A stretch of 32,000 bases of DNA from Acaryochloris marina S15. Its GTDB lineage: Bacteria; Cyanobacteriota; Cyanobacteriia; Thermosynechococcales; Thermosynechococcaceae. This document shows positions 18,636 through 28,268 of this stretch, piece by piece. The position numbers and the translations under genes were made by a program. The first letter of the stretch is position 1. Each line of letters starts with the position of its first letter. The notes beneath the pieces were generated by a model. It was not told the DNA's origin, searched no databases, and worked only from the letters and a program-made list of their open reading frames with translations. The stretch lies in assembly GCF_018336915.1 (NCBI RefSeq), contig NZ_CP064923.1, forward strand, positions 1,080,001-1,112,000, given 5' to 3'.

Positions 18636-18662
18636 CAGAAAGGGGTGAGCTCAACTCACCCC
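18636..18662 (-). terminator. rho-independent-type terminator after the DUF1830 gene
   Basis: On the minus strand a perfect 8-bp stem GGGGTGAG/CTCACCCC with a 5-nt loop is followed by TTTCTGCTG. It lies 60 nt downstream of the stop at 18722. Confidence 0.55.
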
Positions 18663-18721
18663 CTAAAGTCTATTTATGCAATTGAGTAGCGTTGTAGCCA
18701 CTGAATTAGGCTGGAATAAAG

Positions 18722-19081
18722 TTAGGACACCTTAGCTGCTTCAGGAACGCCACGCATGCTAGAAGGTGCGGAAGTTTCAACCGCTTCATCTCCACTCTGT
18801 AAAAACTGTTTAGAAGCACTCACGCTTTGGTGTAAACGAAGCCGATAACAAGGAATGGTATCTGACAAGATCGCACTTGCCATCATCCCAGTATGAATCT
18901 CCAGGTGAGCCTCAGGTACAGACTCAAACATTAATCGCTGCCCAGGAAACACAACACGCTCAAAATACCAGTTAGGGATATTCGTGATCCGAGCAACTTG
19001 GATCTTATTAGTTGAATTAATGTAGCAACAAACAATGAGATCTGAATCGTTTGGAGGGACGGGATCGATGACTTGTGGCAT
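18722..19081 (-). CDS. DUF1830-like cyanobacterial small protein (119 aa)
   Basis: The core CCYINSTNKIQVARITNIPNWYFERVVFPGQRLMFESVPEAHLEIH matches my memory of the cyanobacteria-restricted DUF1830 family. Function unknown. Confidence 0.6.
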   Translation of the reverse strand: MPQVIDPVPPNDSDLIVCCYINSTNKIQVARITNIPNWYFERVVFPGQRLMFESVPEAHLEIHTGMMASAILSDTIPCYRLRLHQSVSASKQFLQSGDEAVETSAPSSMRGVPEAAKVS

Positions 19082-19097
19082 GGCAACTCACGGAAAA

Positions 19098-19133
19098 GGG
19101 TAATTTTATGGGTATTTTTATGGGGTATTTAAC
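19098..19133. repeat. three tandem 12-nt units GGGTAATTTTAT / GGGTATTTTTAT / GGGGTATTTAAC
   Basis: Read directly from the sequence. The units lie 17-52 nt upstream of the DUF1830 start codon (19081, minus strand), in its core promoter or leader. Confidence 0.8.
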
Positions 19134-19419
19134 GCAATCTTAAGCTAACATTCATCGATCCCAAGTCGCTGTAAATATCGTTACTTAATTGATTAACTTC
19201 TTCAAAAAAGCTATTATCTTTACTTTTTCTTTAGAATTGATGACTGCCAGTTAAGTTGGGATCAATCCAAACTATCCTAACGAAAAATCTTGGGATCGGT
19301 GAGTGAGTCCATGAAAAGGCATCGGCCTAGATAAACACTCAAGGACAACTCAGTACTATGATTAAGATATATGACTCAGGTGTTAACCACCTCATACCTT
19401 ACCGTTCTTGCAAGGCGTG

Positions 19420-21006
19420 ATGAACAATCCCCGCATCCTTTACATTCGCCTACCTTGTAATCCCATTTTCCCAATTGGGGTTGTTTACCTTGCCGACCAT
19501 ATTCACAAGTGCCTGCCTCATGTCGAGCAACGCATCTTTGATTTGGGCACCGTGCCCCCCCTCGACTTTAAGCCAGCATTGGATAGCTGCATTGATGACT
19601 TCCAGCCTGATCTTCTTGTTTTTTCCTGGCGAGATATCCAAATTTACGCTCCCGTAGGTGGCAGAGGTGGCAATCCGTTGCAACACGCCTTTGAGCTTTA
19701 CTACGGCAAAAACCCTTGGACAAAGTTAAAAGGTGCTTTTGGTGGATTAAGGGTATTCATTGCTTACTATGCAGAGCTATGGAGAAACTCAGGCCTCATT
19801 AAACGGGGACTCAAGCGAGCACAGCGATATCATTCTGGGGCTCAAACTGTGGTTGGGGGTGGTGCAGTCAGCGTTTTTTATGAACAGTTAGGGACTCAGC
19901 TGCCGGAAGGCAGCATTGTATCCGTGGGCGAGGGAGAGGTTCTATTAGAGAAGCTACTGACGGGGCAAGAATTTCGAGATGAACGGTGCTATGTAGTTGG
20001 AGAGAAAGCGCCTAGGGATCGCATGATCCATGAATGGCCTACCGAGATCGATAAAACGGCCTGCGATTACCCTTACATTGCTAGCATTTGGCCTGATTTT
20101 GAATATTATTTTGAGTCTCAAGACTTCTACGTGGGGGTTCAGACCAAGCGAGGATGCCCCCACAACTGTTGCTATTGCGTCTACACCGTCATTGAAGGCA
20201 AGCGAGTCCGAGTCAATCCTGCTGAAGAAGTCGTTGCTGAAATGCAGCAGCTCTACAATCGTGGCATTCGTAACTTCTGGTTTACCGACGCTCAATTTAT
20301 CCCAGCCCGCCGCTATATTCCTGATGCCATTGAGTTGCTGCAAAAAATCCTAGATGCAGGTTTAACGGATATTCATTGGGCTGCCTATATTCGTGCTGAC
20401 AATCTCACTCCAGAACTCTGTGATCTGATGGTCAAAACAGGGATGAATTATTTTGAGATTGGGATCACTAGTGGATCCCAAGAACTCGTTCGCAAGATGC
20501 GAATGGGATATAACTTACGAACAGTGCTGCAAAACTGTCGAGATCTGAGAACTGCTGGCTTCAACGATTTAGTCTCTGTCAACTACTCCTTCAATGTCAT
20601 CGATGAGCGTCCAGAAACCATTCGCCAGACCATTGCCTATCATCGAGAATTAGAAAAGATTTTTGGCACAGATAAGGTAGAACCAGCCATTTTCTTTATC
20701 GGCCTGCAACCTCACACCCATTTAGAAGAATATGCCTTCGATAATAATATTTTGAAGCCTGGCTATAACCCTATGAGCTTAATGCCTTGGACAGCCAAGA
20801 AGTTACTTTGGAACCCTGAGCCCATGGGATCGGTGTTTGGAGAAGTTTGTCTAGAAGCTTGGAAGCAAAATCCCAACGATTTTGGGCGGGAAGTGATGAA
20901 CATTTTGGAACAGCGTTTTGGTTGTGCCCCCTTAAATGAAGCGTTGACAGCCACCATTGAGCCCAAAAAGCGGTCACTGACAACAGCTAGCCGGATGGGC
21001 TCATAA
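19420..21006 (+). CDS. B12-binding-domain-type radical SAM protein (cyanobacterial conserved; resembles the family annotated as PSII high-light-acclimation radical SAM protein)
   Basis: Radical-SAM cluster motif CPHNCCYC (CxxxCxxC) at nt 20155-20178, preceded by an N-terminal Rossmann-like region. The ATG at 19420 is preferred over the TTG at 19408. The specific family name is from memory only. Confidence 0.7.
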   Translation: MNNPRILYIRLPCNPIFPIGVVYLADHIHKCLPHVEQRIFDLGTVPPLDFKPALDSCIDDFQPDLLVFSWRDIQIYAPVGGRGGNPLQHAFELYYGKNPWTKLKGAFGGLRVFIAYYAELWRNSGLIKRGLKRAQRYHSGAQTVVGGGAVSVFYEQLGTQLPEGSIVSVGEGEVLLEKLLTGQEFRDERCYVVGEKAPRDRMIHEWPTEIDKTACDYPYIASIWPDFEYYFESQDFYVGVQTKRGCPHNCCYCVYTVIEGKRVRVNPAEEVVAEMQQLYNRGIRNFWFTDAQFIPARRYIPDAIELLQKILDAGLTDIHWAAYIRADNLTPELCDLMVKTGMNYFEIGITSGSQELVRKMRMGYNLRTVLQNCRDLRTAGFNDLVSVNYSFNVIDERPETIRQTIAYHRELEKIFGTDKVEPAIFFIGLQPHTHLEEYAFDNNILKPGYNPMSLMPWTAKKLLWNPEPMGSVFGEVCLEAWKQNPNDFGREVMNILEQRFGCAPLNEALTATIEPKKRSLTTASRMGS

Positions 21007-21060
21007 GAAATCATCATAGGCTTATGTTTCACAGCAAAATGTTCTATATCTGTAGCAGAC

Positions 21061-21096
21061 AAAAACCCCTCACCGCTTGATAAGGTGAGGGGTTTT
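21061..21096. terminator. bidirectional rho-independent terminator between the radical SAM gene (+) and gap2 (-)
   Basis: AAAAA-CCCCTCACC-gcttgataa-GGTGAGGGG-TTTT. This is a perfect 9-bp GC-rich stem with a 9-nt loop, flanked by an A-run and a T-run, so it gives a U-tract on either strand. Confidence 0.85.
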
Positions 21097-21140
21097 AATT
21101 TGAATCACTTTACTCTGGCGTTAAGAAGCTAGAGAAAAAT

Positions 21141-22145
21141 TTACCACTTCTGGGCAACATACTCAGCTAAGTCGAGCACACGCTGACTGTAACCCCACTC
21201 GTTGTCGTACCAGGCCACAACCTTAATCATGTTGCCACCCATTCCCATAGTGAGGGAAGCATCCACGATAGAGGAGCAATCATGTCCTTTGAAGTCACCA
21301 GATACTAAGGGTTCTTCGTTGAAGGCAATGATACCTTTCATAGCGCCTTCAGAAGCCTGCTTAATCACTTCGTTTACCGATTCGGCAATTGCTGGCTTCT
21401 CAGTCTGTGCGACGAAGTCACAGACAGAAACGTTAGGAGTGGGGACTCGCAACGCAATACCATTAAGCTTGCCTGCAAGAGCAGGAATAACAGTTCCTAC
21501 CGCTTTAGCAGCACCTGTAGAAGTCGGAACAATATTGACTGCAGCAGCACGAGCACGGCGGAGATCCCGGTGGCTTGCGTCAAGGATACGCTGGTCTCCG
21601 GTATAGCTGTGAGTGGTGGTCATCAAGCCATGAACAATACCAAACTGCTCATGCAAGACTTTTACAATAGGAGCCAAACAGTTGGTTGTACAGCTAGCAT
21701 TACTGAGAATTGGCTCGCTGGGATCATAATCTTCGTGATTAACTCCAACCACATACATGCCAACACCACCTTTACCAGGTGCTGTAATCAGTACTTTTTT
21801 AGCACCCGCTTCAATATGCTTGCCAGCCCCTTCTTTGGTGACAAACACACCCGTAGATTCAATAACAAGATCGATGCCCCACTCTTTCCAAGGCAAGTTA
21901 GCAGGGTTACGATCAGAAACACATTTGATGACATTGCCATTCGCAACAATCGTGTTGTCGACGGCTTTAATGTCTGCGTCTAAACGACCCAGCATGGAGT
22001 CATAGGTCAACAGGTGGGCATTTGTTTTGGGGTCAGAAGTATCATTTAATCCGACAATCTCGATGTTGCTGTTAGGCCGTAAAAGCCAGCAACGCATAAA
22101 ATTTCGTCCAATTCTCCCGAACCCGTTGATCGCTACTCTAATCAC
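21141..22145 (-). CDS. gap2: glyceraldehyde-3-phosphate dehydrogenase, Calvin-cycle NAD(P)-dependent type
   Basis: [20 protein letters not shown], active site [12 protein letters not shown] and WYDNEWGYS. The N-terminal RCW region, the [20 protein letters not shown] segment and the 334-aa length resemble cyanobacterial Gap2. Confidence 0.9.
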   Translation of the reverse strand: MIRVAINGFGRIGRNFMRCWLLRPNSNIEIVGLNDTSDPKTNAHLLTYDSMLGRLDADIKAVDNTIVANGNVIKCVSDRNPANLPWKEWGIDLVIESTGVFVTKEGAGKHIEAGAKKVLITAPGKGGVGMYVVGVNHEDYDPSEPILSNASCTTNCLAPIVKVLHEQFGIVHGLMTTTHSYTGDQRILDASHRDLRRARAAAVNIVPTSTGAAKAVGTVIPALAGKLNGIALRVPTPNVSVCDFVAQTEKPAIAESVNEVIKQASEGAMKGIIAFNEEPLVSGDFKGHDCSSIVDASLTMGMGGNMIKVVAWYDNEWGYSQRVLDLAEYVAQKW

Positions 22146-22296
22146 TGCGTCTTATCCTTCTGTTCAATTAATAGTCTATAGTCAAGCCAGTAGTGACCCT
22201 CAATCATCATATCGTACAAGGCTGCCCTATTCTCTAAAGACTTTGTGCCTTGAGAATTGAGGGTATTTAAGTCTATGACTTGAGCAGAAAATAGAA

Positions 22297-23028
22297 CTAT
22301 AGCTCTTGAGGACAATCGTTCCAGAGAGATGTCGTTTGGCGAAGGCTGGTAAAGTCACCATTCCCCAGAATGAGATGATCCAATAGAGGTAAGCCTAAAA
22401 TTTGTGCGCCTGAGAGTAACTGCTGCGTCAGTTCGAGATCTTCAGGGCTGGGATCGGTCTGACCAGAAGGATGGTTATGGGCCACAATGGCTCGGGTTGC
22501 TCCCTTCCGAATAATTTCTCGAAAGATATCCCGAGGATGGGCTAGGGTTTCCGTCGCAGTGCCAATACTCACCACTTGTGTCCCCAGTAATCGATGCTTG
22601 ACATCTAATAGAAGCACCGCAAATCGTTCTTGAGATTGCCACATTAACTCACCGGCTAAGGCTGCAGCAGCCACTGCCGGATCATCAATCACGGTTAATT
22701 CCGGAGGACGAGCTTGGCAAATCCTTCTCCCCAACTCGATTGCGGCTAAAATAGTAGTCGCTTTCGCTGGACCAATCCCTTCAATATGGGTGAGTTCAGA
22801 CGCATTCACATCTCGCAGAACCGTCAGTGGATCTTGCTGATGTTCGCTGAAATGATGCAGAACATGTTGTCCCAAGCCTACCGCAGACAGTTTGCCAGGT
22901 CCTTGGCCTGTCCCTAGTAGTATGGCGAGTAACTCGGCATGGGTTAAATATTTAGCACCTTGGGCAATAAGACGTTCACGAGGGCGATCACTTTCGGGTA
23001 AGTCTAAAATCCTTAAGCTGTAGGTCAT
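22297..23028 (-). CDS. radC: RadC-family JAMM/MPN+ protein (UPF0758)
   Basis: N-terminal RPRERL and helix-hairpin-helix [10 protein letters not shown]-terminal JAMM motif [18 protein letters not shown]. Confidence 0.85.
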   Translation of the reverse strand: MTYSLRILDLPESDRPRERLIAQGAKYLTHAELLAILLGTGQGPGKLSAVGLGQHVLHHFSEHQQDPLTVLRDVNASELTHIEGIGPAKATTILAAIELGRRICQARPPELTVIDDPAVAAAALAGELMWQSQERFAVLLLDVKHRLLGTQVVSIGTATETLAHPRDIFREIIRKGATRAIVAHNHPSGQTDPSPEDLELTQQLLSGAQILGLPLLDHLILGNGDFTSLRQTTSLWNDCPQEL

Positions 23029-23206
23029 CGTTGTGAAATTACGGGCTCCCTAAATCACAAGACATGGGCATCGACACTCGCACTCATGCTTAGTACACCC
23101 ACTTTCGTACTGCACTCAGACAGAACATCCAGCGTAAGTTGGAAACCCTTATTGGCAATGACGACTATTGGCAGTCAGAAAACACAGAAGCCAACTGTCT
23201 CCACTG

Positions 23207-23929
23207 TCAAGCGTCAGCTAAATCAGCGCAGATCGTTTGAAAAGCTTGTTGAGGATCAGCAGCCGTCGTGATCGGGCGCCCAATGACCAAATAGTTGGCC
23301 CCTGCTTGGATGGCTGCTGTTGGCGTCATGGCCCGTTTTTGATCGCCTGTTGCTGATCCCTGGGGACGCACGCCTGGGCAAACAATCAGAAATTCATCCC
23401 CACAGACCTGTCGCATTTGCTCCGCTTCATGGGGAGAACAGACGATCCCATTCAGTCCTGACTCTTGAGCCAGCAGCCCCATTTGCAGGGCATACTCTGG
23501 CAGTTCTAGAGGTATTTTTAAGTCTAAGGCTAACTCTCGCAGCGAGAGACTAGTCAAAACTGTAATGGCAATCAATTTAGGGGGAGGCGTTTGGGCAGCT
23601 TGGGCTCCTTCTTGTAGAGCCTGTTGCGCAGCCGATAGGGCAGGACGACCCGCCGTGGCATGAATCGTGAGAAGATCCACCCCATAGGCCGCCGCTGCTC
23701 GACAAGCACCGGCCACCGTATTGGGAATATCGTGGAATTTAAGATCGAGGAAAATCCGTTTCTGGCGCTGTTTAAGCTGCTCTAGGATACTGGGGCCACA
23801 ACTAACAAACAGCTCTAAGCCCACTTTCCAAAATTGCACCTGGGGAATTTGATCCATCAATGCGATCGCATCTGCCTCTGAAGGCACATCCAAAGGCACA
23901 ATAATCCGTTGAGCAATATCAGTAGTCAC
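23207..23929 (-). CDS. pyrF: orotidine 5'-phosphate decarboxylase
   Basis: [20 protein letters not shown] and the C-terminal YLVIGRPIT motif in a 240-aa product. Confidence 0.9.
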   Translation of the reverse strand: MTTDIAQRIIVPLDVPSEADAIALMDQIPQVQFWKVGLELFVSCGPSILEQLKQRQKRIFLDLKFHDIPNTVAGACRAAAAYGVDLLTIHATAGRPALSAAQQALQEGAQAAQTPPPKLIAITVLTSLSLRELALDLKIPLELPEYALQMGLLAQESGLNGIVCSPHEAEQMRQVCGDEFLIVCPGVRPQGSATGDQKRAMTPTAAIQAGANYLVIGRPITTAADPQQAFQTICADLADA

Positions 23930-23963
23930 GACAGCAGCCTTAACATAGCGGTCGTTTAATACT

Positions 23964-24767
23964 CTACTGCCTAGGAATTACCTTTGGACGACTCTCTGCC
24001 AGTAAGGGGTGAAGATTCACCACATTTCCGATCACTGCCACGGCAGGGGCTTCAAATTGCGTCGCTTCCATTTGGCTGATGATGGTTGCTAAGGTTCCCA
24101 CTAATTCCTCTTGATCGGGGCGAGTCCCCCAACGAACTAAGGCAATGGGGGTATCGGGATCTTTTCCAGCGAGTTCAAGTTCAGACAAAATATGGGGCAG
24201 GTTATGCACGCCCATATAAATCACCAGGGTTTCGGACGCCTCAGCCATGGCTCGCCAATTGACCCGAGGCCGATATTTGTCGATCGGTTCATGGCCGGTC
24301 ACAAAGGTGACGGAGGAACTATAGTTTCGATGGGTGACCGGAATACCTGCATAGGCAGGCGCTGCAATACCAGCCGTAATTCCGGGAATGATTTCCACAG
24401 AAACCCCTGCCTGGATTAAATCTTCCATTTCTTCTCCCCCTCGGCCAAAGACAAAGGGGTCCCCACCCTTGAGTCGCACGACTACGGCATGAGTCTGGGC
24501 CTTGTCAATCAATAACTGGGTGGTTTCAGCTTGCAAAAGAGAATGTTGTCCACGACGTTTGCCAGCATGAATCTTCTCGGCTTGCTCACCAATCATCGCC
24601 AGAATTTCTGGGCTAACAAGGGCGTCATAGATCACCACATCAGCACATTCTAGAAGCGTCTTACCTTTGAGAGTCAGTAGACCGGGGTCACCGGGACCTG
24701 CTCCGACAAGGTATACTTTCCCAGAAAAATGGACTGGCGACGGGGAAAAATCAACGGTCATAGACAA
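23964..24767 (-). CDS. cobA: uroporphyrinogen-III C-methyltransferase
   Basis: [18 protein letters not shown] and [18 protein letters not shown] are tetrapyrrole methylase signatures. The 267-aa product has no fused CysG dehydrogenase/chelatase domain. Confidence 0.9.
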   Translation of the reverse strand: MSMTVDFSPSPVHFSGKVYLVGAGPGDPGLLTLKGKTLLECADVVIYDALVSPEILAMIGEQAEKIHAGKRRGQHSLLQAETTQLLIDKAQTHAVVVRLKGGDPFVFGRGGEEMEDLIQAGVSVEIIPGITAGIAAPAYAGIPVTHRNYSSSVTFVTGHEPIDKYRPRVNWRAMAEASETLVIYMGVHNLPHILSELELAGKDPDTPIALVRWGTRPDQEELVGTLATIISQMEATQFEAPAVAVIGNVVNLHPLLAESRPKVIPRQ

Positions 24768-24789
24768 CCTGAAAAAGATGGCAAAACCA

Positions 24790-25524
24790 TCAGGCAGTGA
24801 TCAAATCTTGAATTAAATGAACGAGATGAGCACTGGGCTCTAAAGGTGAAGAAAAAGTTAAGTTAATGTGCTTAAAATCACATTTTAGCTGATTCACTTC
24901 CTGGGAAATGGTGTCTATGATACTGCCTGTAAACAAAAAATAGGGTTTGATGGCCACTTTTAACCCTGGTTGAGTCGCCAATTGAGTTACTGTTTGTCGC
25001 AAACTGGGGGGCACTGACCAGTAGGCGGGGGCAGCATTCAGTTGTTCTGCCAAGGCCTCAATCGGTTGGTTACCCCCTGGATATCGGCTGCCATGGGAGA
25101 GCAAAATCCAGCGATCTACGTCGGTAGCAGACATAGTTGCCCGTAGGATTTGGAAGAGTTTTGGGTGGCTACCCAGATGCGATCGCACCTCAATCCCTAG
25201 AGACTTAGGCAAAAACTGTCGCACTGTGGTCACCACATCAGGAATATCCACTCTGACATGGGTACCTGGCAACAGAAATAGCGGCAAAATCACGATTTGG
25301 TCAATCTGCTGCAGCTGTTGTCCCCAATTACAAATTTGCTGTTTCAGGGGGACAGAGCCAAATTCCAAGGTGGCTGTCTTCACCCATGGAGGCTGATCAC
25401 ACTGCAACTGCAGGGCTTGTTTTACTCCTTCACCCAATTGATGCAGCGAAGCTTGCGATCGTGGATCGCGACTTCCATGAGCCACCAACAGATAAGCAGA
25501 GCGAGAACTCACACTCCTTAACAT
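24790..25524 (-). CDS. cbiX: sirohydrochlorin chelatase, CbiX/SirB type, two-domain form
   Basis: Two internally repeated class II chelatase halves, each with an HGSR motif (LLVAHGSRDPRS and ILLSHGSRYPGG). It lies directly upstream of cobA. Confidence 0.75.
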   Translation of the reverse strand: MLRSVSSRSAYLLVAHGSRDPRSQASLHQLGEGVKQALQLQCDQPPWVKTATLEFGSVPLKQQICNWGQQLQQIDQIVILPLFLLPGTHVRVDIPDVVTTVRQFLPKSLGIEVRSHLGSHPKLFQILRATMSATDVDRWILLSHGSRYPGGNQPIEALAEQLNAAPAYWSVPPSLRQTVTQLATQPGLKVAIKPYFLFTGSIIDTISQEVNQLKCDFKHINLTFSSPLEPSAHLVHLIQDLITA

Positions 25525-25535
25525 CCCGGTATCGG

Positions 25536-27473
25536 TTAGGACAAGATGGGTAATGACGGCAATGGCTCTGGCAGAATAGGCTTCTTATCCACCGACTGAC
25601 CATAATCCACTACGATTTGTCGGAATTCATCTCCTTCGAGGGTTTCTCGTTCCAGCAACACTTCCACTAGCTTGTCGACTAAACTACGATTTTCCCGTAG
25701 CATTCGTCGAGATTTTTCATAGCAGTACATAACAATGTCCCGTACTTGTCGGTCAATTTGTACCGCCATCTCCTGGGAATACTCAGCGCGATTGCCCCAG
25801 TCCCCACCTAAAAAGACATCTCCACCACCGCCGCTTTCAAGGGCCACATAGCCCAGGTCAGACATCCCCAGCTGAGTGACCATTTCCCGGGTCAAACTCG
25901 CCACTTGCTTAATATCGCTACTGGCACCGATGGTGACTTCGGCTTCGCCAAATACTTCTACCTCAGAGGCACGCCCCCCCAGCAAAATGGTGATTTGATC
26001 GAGGAGCCATGCCCGGGTATATAGACCACTATCGATCCTTTCTTCGTTATAAATCGGTTGGGAGAAGCCACCTATTCCCCCTGAGCGAGGCAAGATCGTC
26101 ACTTTATTCAGTGGATCGGCATCTTTTAAGAGGGTTTCTAATAAGGCATGACCTACTTCATGATAGGCAATCAGCCATTTCTTTTTACCGTCTAAATGGG
26201 GAGCCATTTTCAAACCAATGGTGATCCGATCGATGGCATCATCCACTTCCAACTCTGTGATGGCATCCTTCCGACGCCGAGCCGTTAAGATAGCAGCTTC
26301 ATTAAGGAGGTTCGCCAACGCCGCCCCTGAGAAACCAGGGGTACGGCGAGCAATCGCTTCTAGGGAAACCTGAGGAGACATTTTCTTCTCCCGGCTATGG
26401 ACTTCTAAAATGCCGAGTCGGCCCTTAAACGCCGGCAAATCCACGGTGACTTGACGATCAAATCGACCGGGACGCAGGAGAGCGGTATCGAGAATATCTG
26501 GACGGTTCGTGGCAGCAATAACAATGATGCCAGTATTTCCTTCAAAACCATCCATTTCTGTAAGCAGTTGGTTGAGGGTCTGTTCCCGTTCATCATTGCC
26601 ACCACCAATGCCAGCGCCTCGCTGTCGACCGACCGCATCAATTTCATCGATAAAGACTAAACAGGGAGCATTCTCTTTCGCTTTTTTGAACAGGTCGCGC
26701 ACCCGAGAAGCGCCTACCCCAACAAACATCTCCACAAACTCGGAGCCAGAAATACTGAAGAAAGGCACACCTGCTTCTCCAGAAATCGCCTTGGCTAACA
26801 ATGTTTTACCAGTCCCAGGAGGGCCAATCAGCAGCACGCCCCTAGGAATGCGAGCCCCCACAGCCGTAAATCGTTCGGGCTGTTTCAAGAAGGTCACAAC
26901 TTCCTGGAGTTCTTCTTTGGCTTCCTCAATCCCTGCTACATCCACAAAGGTAACGCCGGTTTCAGATTCCATCTGAAAACGCGCTTTGGACTTACCAAAG
27001 TTAAGAATCTGGCCTGGACCACTGCTAGATCCTGCTGTTCGCCGTAAAAAAACAAGAAACAGAAAAATAATGAAGATAAAGAGGAGAAATTGAGACAAGA
27101 TGCCCAACAGGGGGTTTTCCCCTGGATCAGGAACTTGTTCAAAGTCAACCTTATTCTCACGGAGGACGCTGAATAACTCTGGATCCTTATCAAACAGAAG
27201 GACTTTAGAAAACTCAGCATCTTCGGGTTGGTCTTTGAGCTTGAATTCGGCGATCCGTTGTTTTTCGTAGATCTTGGCAGTCTTTATCCTACGAGCCTCG
27301 ACATGCTCAATAAAATCGCTGTAGGATACGTTTTCGTCTTTAGACTCAGCCAATACCGGTAGAGACTGGGACAGTACAACACCCACCACTAGTGCGGAGA
27401 GCTGTCTGACCCATCTGCGTTGGCCTAATTGTTGGTTCATGCTGGCGTATCTTTTAGCATTTGTGGGGGGCAC
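25536..27473 (-). CDS. ftsH: ATP-dependent zinc metalloprotease FtsH
   Basis: Two N-terminal TM helices, Walker A GPPGTGKT, Walker B VFIDEIDA, second region of homology [18 protein letters not shown], and zinc site HEVGHAL. GTG start at 27473, with an alternative ATG at 27440. Confidence 0.95.
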   Translation of the reverse strand: MPPTNAKRYASMNQQLGQRRWVRQLSALVVGVVLSQSLPVLAESKDENVSYSDFIEHVEARRIKTAKIYEKQRIAEFKLKDQPEDAEFSKVLLFDKDPELFSVLRENKVDFEQVPDPGENPLLGILSQFLLFIFIIFLFLVFLRRTAGSSSGPGQILNFGKSKARFQMESETGVTFVDVAGIEEAKEELQEVVTFLKQPERFTAVGARIPRGVLLIGPPGTGKTLLAKAISGEAGVPFFSISGSEFVEMFVGVGASRVRDLFKKAKENAPCLVFIDEIDAVGRQRGAGIGGGNDEREQTLNQLLTEMDGFEGNTGIIVIAATNRPDILDTALLRPGRFDRQVTVDLPAFKGRLGILEVHSREKKMSPQVSLEAIARRTPGFSGAALANLLNEAAILTARRRKDAITELEVDDAIDRITIGLKMAPHLDGKKKWLIAYHEVGHALLETLLKDADPLNKVTILPRSGGIGGFSQPIYNEERIDSGLYTRAWLLDQITILLGGRASEVEVFGEAEVTIGASSDIKQVASLTREMVTQLGMSDLGYVALESGGGGDVFLGGDWGNRAEYSQEMAVQIDRQVRDIVMYCYEKSRRMLRENRSLVDKLVEVLLERETLEGDEFRQIVVDYGQSVDKKPILPEPLPSLPILS

Positions 27474-27820
27474 TTGATTTACCTTCAGAGTAGGTAAATG
27501 AATTCTGTCTCTTCAAGCCTAGTTTACAAATCATTTACTCAGCAACTCTTCATTCTTTTAGAAAAGATATTACGAGTCATTTTCGGCAATATATCGCTTG
27601 CGAATTACCGACTCAAATCAGTCTCAAGCCTAGCTTTCAATCATTAGCATTGCCACAATATCGGCCCAGGGCTTTGAAATTTAGGACCAGGATGTTTCCT
27701 TGGTTCAAGAATGGGGAATTCTGAGTATACAACGCCTGATTTCGGGCGACTGGTCGGTCTATCCAGTTTGCCCAATCCCTAACCAAATCCACACAGAACT
27801 GAACGAGGAGTTCATAAGAG

Positions 27821-28144
27821 ATGAGCCATAAAGTTGTCCAACCCACAGAACTACTAGATGGAATCAGTGCAAATCAATTGCGCCGCGAAATCACGGATGT
27901 GATGGCCGAAGGCGTGAAAACCATCCTCGTAGATTTGCAGGACGTTACCTTCATGAACAGCTCGGCGATTGGCGCTTTAGTCGCAACGCTCAAAGCGGTT
28001 CGAGCTGGAGGTGGCGAAATGTTTCTATGCTCCCTGAATGATCAGGTGCGCATTATTTTTGAATTGACCAAAATGGACCAAATCTTCAAGATTTGTGCTG
28101 ATCGCCAAGAATTTGAACAAAAGTTTGCGGTTACGGCCAATTAG
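27821..28144 (+). CDS. STAS-domain anti-sigma-factor antagonist (SpoIIAA/RsbV-like)
   Basis: 107-aa STAS fold pattern VDLQDVTFMNSSAIGALV, with the conserved phosphorylatable Ser position present. GAGGAG Shine-Dalgarno sequence upstream of the ATG. Confidence 0.8.
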   Translation: MSHKVVQPTELLDGISANQLRREITDVMAEGVKTILVDLQDVTFMNSSAIGALVATLKAVRAGGGEMFLCSLNDQVRIIFELTKMDQIFKICADRQEFEQKFAVTAN

Positions 28145-28268
28145 GTCAGTCTGGTTCTGAATCAAGCGATCGATTACCTTAGCTTGAGCCCATGACATCT
28201 ATACATACCCTTCAGCGATCGCATCTAGCGTATCGCTGCTTTATTGACTTGTCTATCTCAGTGTGAAC

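Noticed and set aside
19358-19420. 20-codon upstream ORF (MIKIYDSGVNHLIPYRSCKA) whose TGA overlaps the radical SAM ATG as TGATG
   Set aside because: It has no Shine-Dalgarno sequence, I cannot check its conservation, and the radical SAM start itself is uncertain (TTG 19408 or ATG 19420). It may be coincidental.
21202-22260. Four plus-strand ORFs (134, 137, 82 and 77 aa) antisense to gap2
   Set aside because: These are antisense shadows of a highly conserved gene. They arise because codon bias leaves the complementary frames open.
22297-23028. RadC/JAMM gene, considered as a marker of a mobile island or toxin-antitoxin locus
   Set aside because: It sits between pyrF and gap2. No integrase, transposase, tRNA target, direct-repeat boundaries or small partner ORF is present, so it looks like the chromosomal housekeeping copy.
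26009-27220. Several ORFs on both strands inside ftsH (including 155 aa on the plus strand)
   Set aside because: They are fully contained in the FtsH coding region. Their translations are Ser/Pro/Thr-rich, which is typical of antisense frames.
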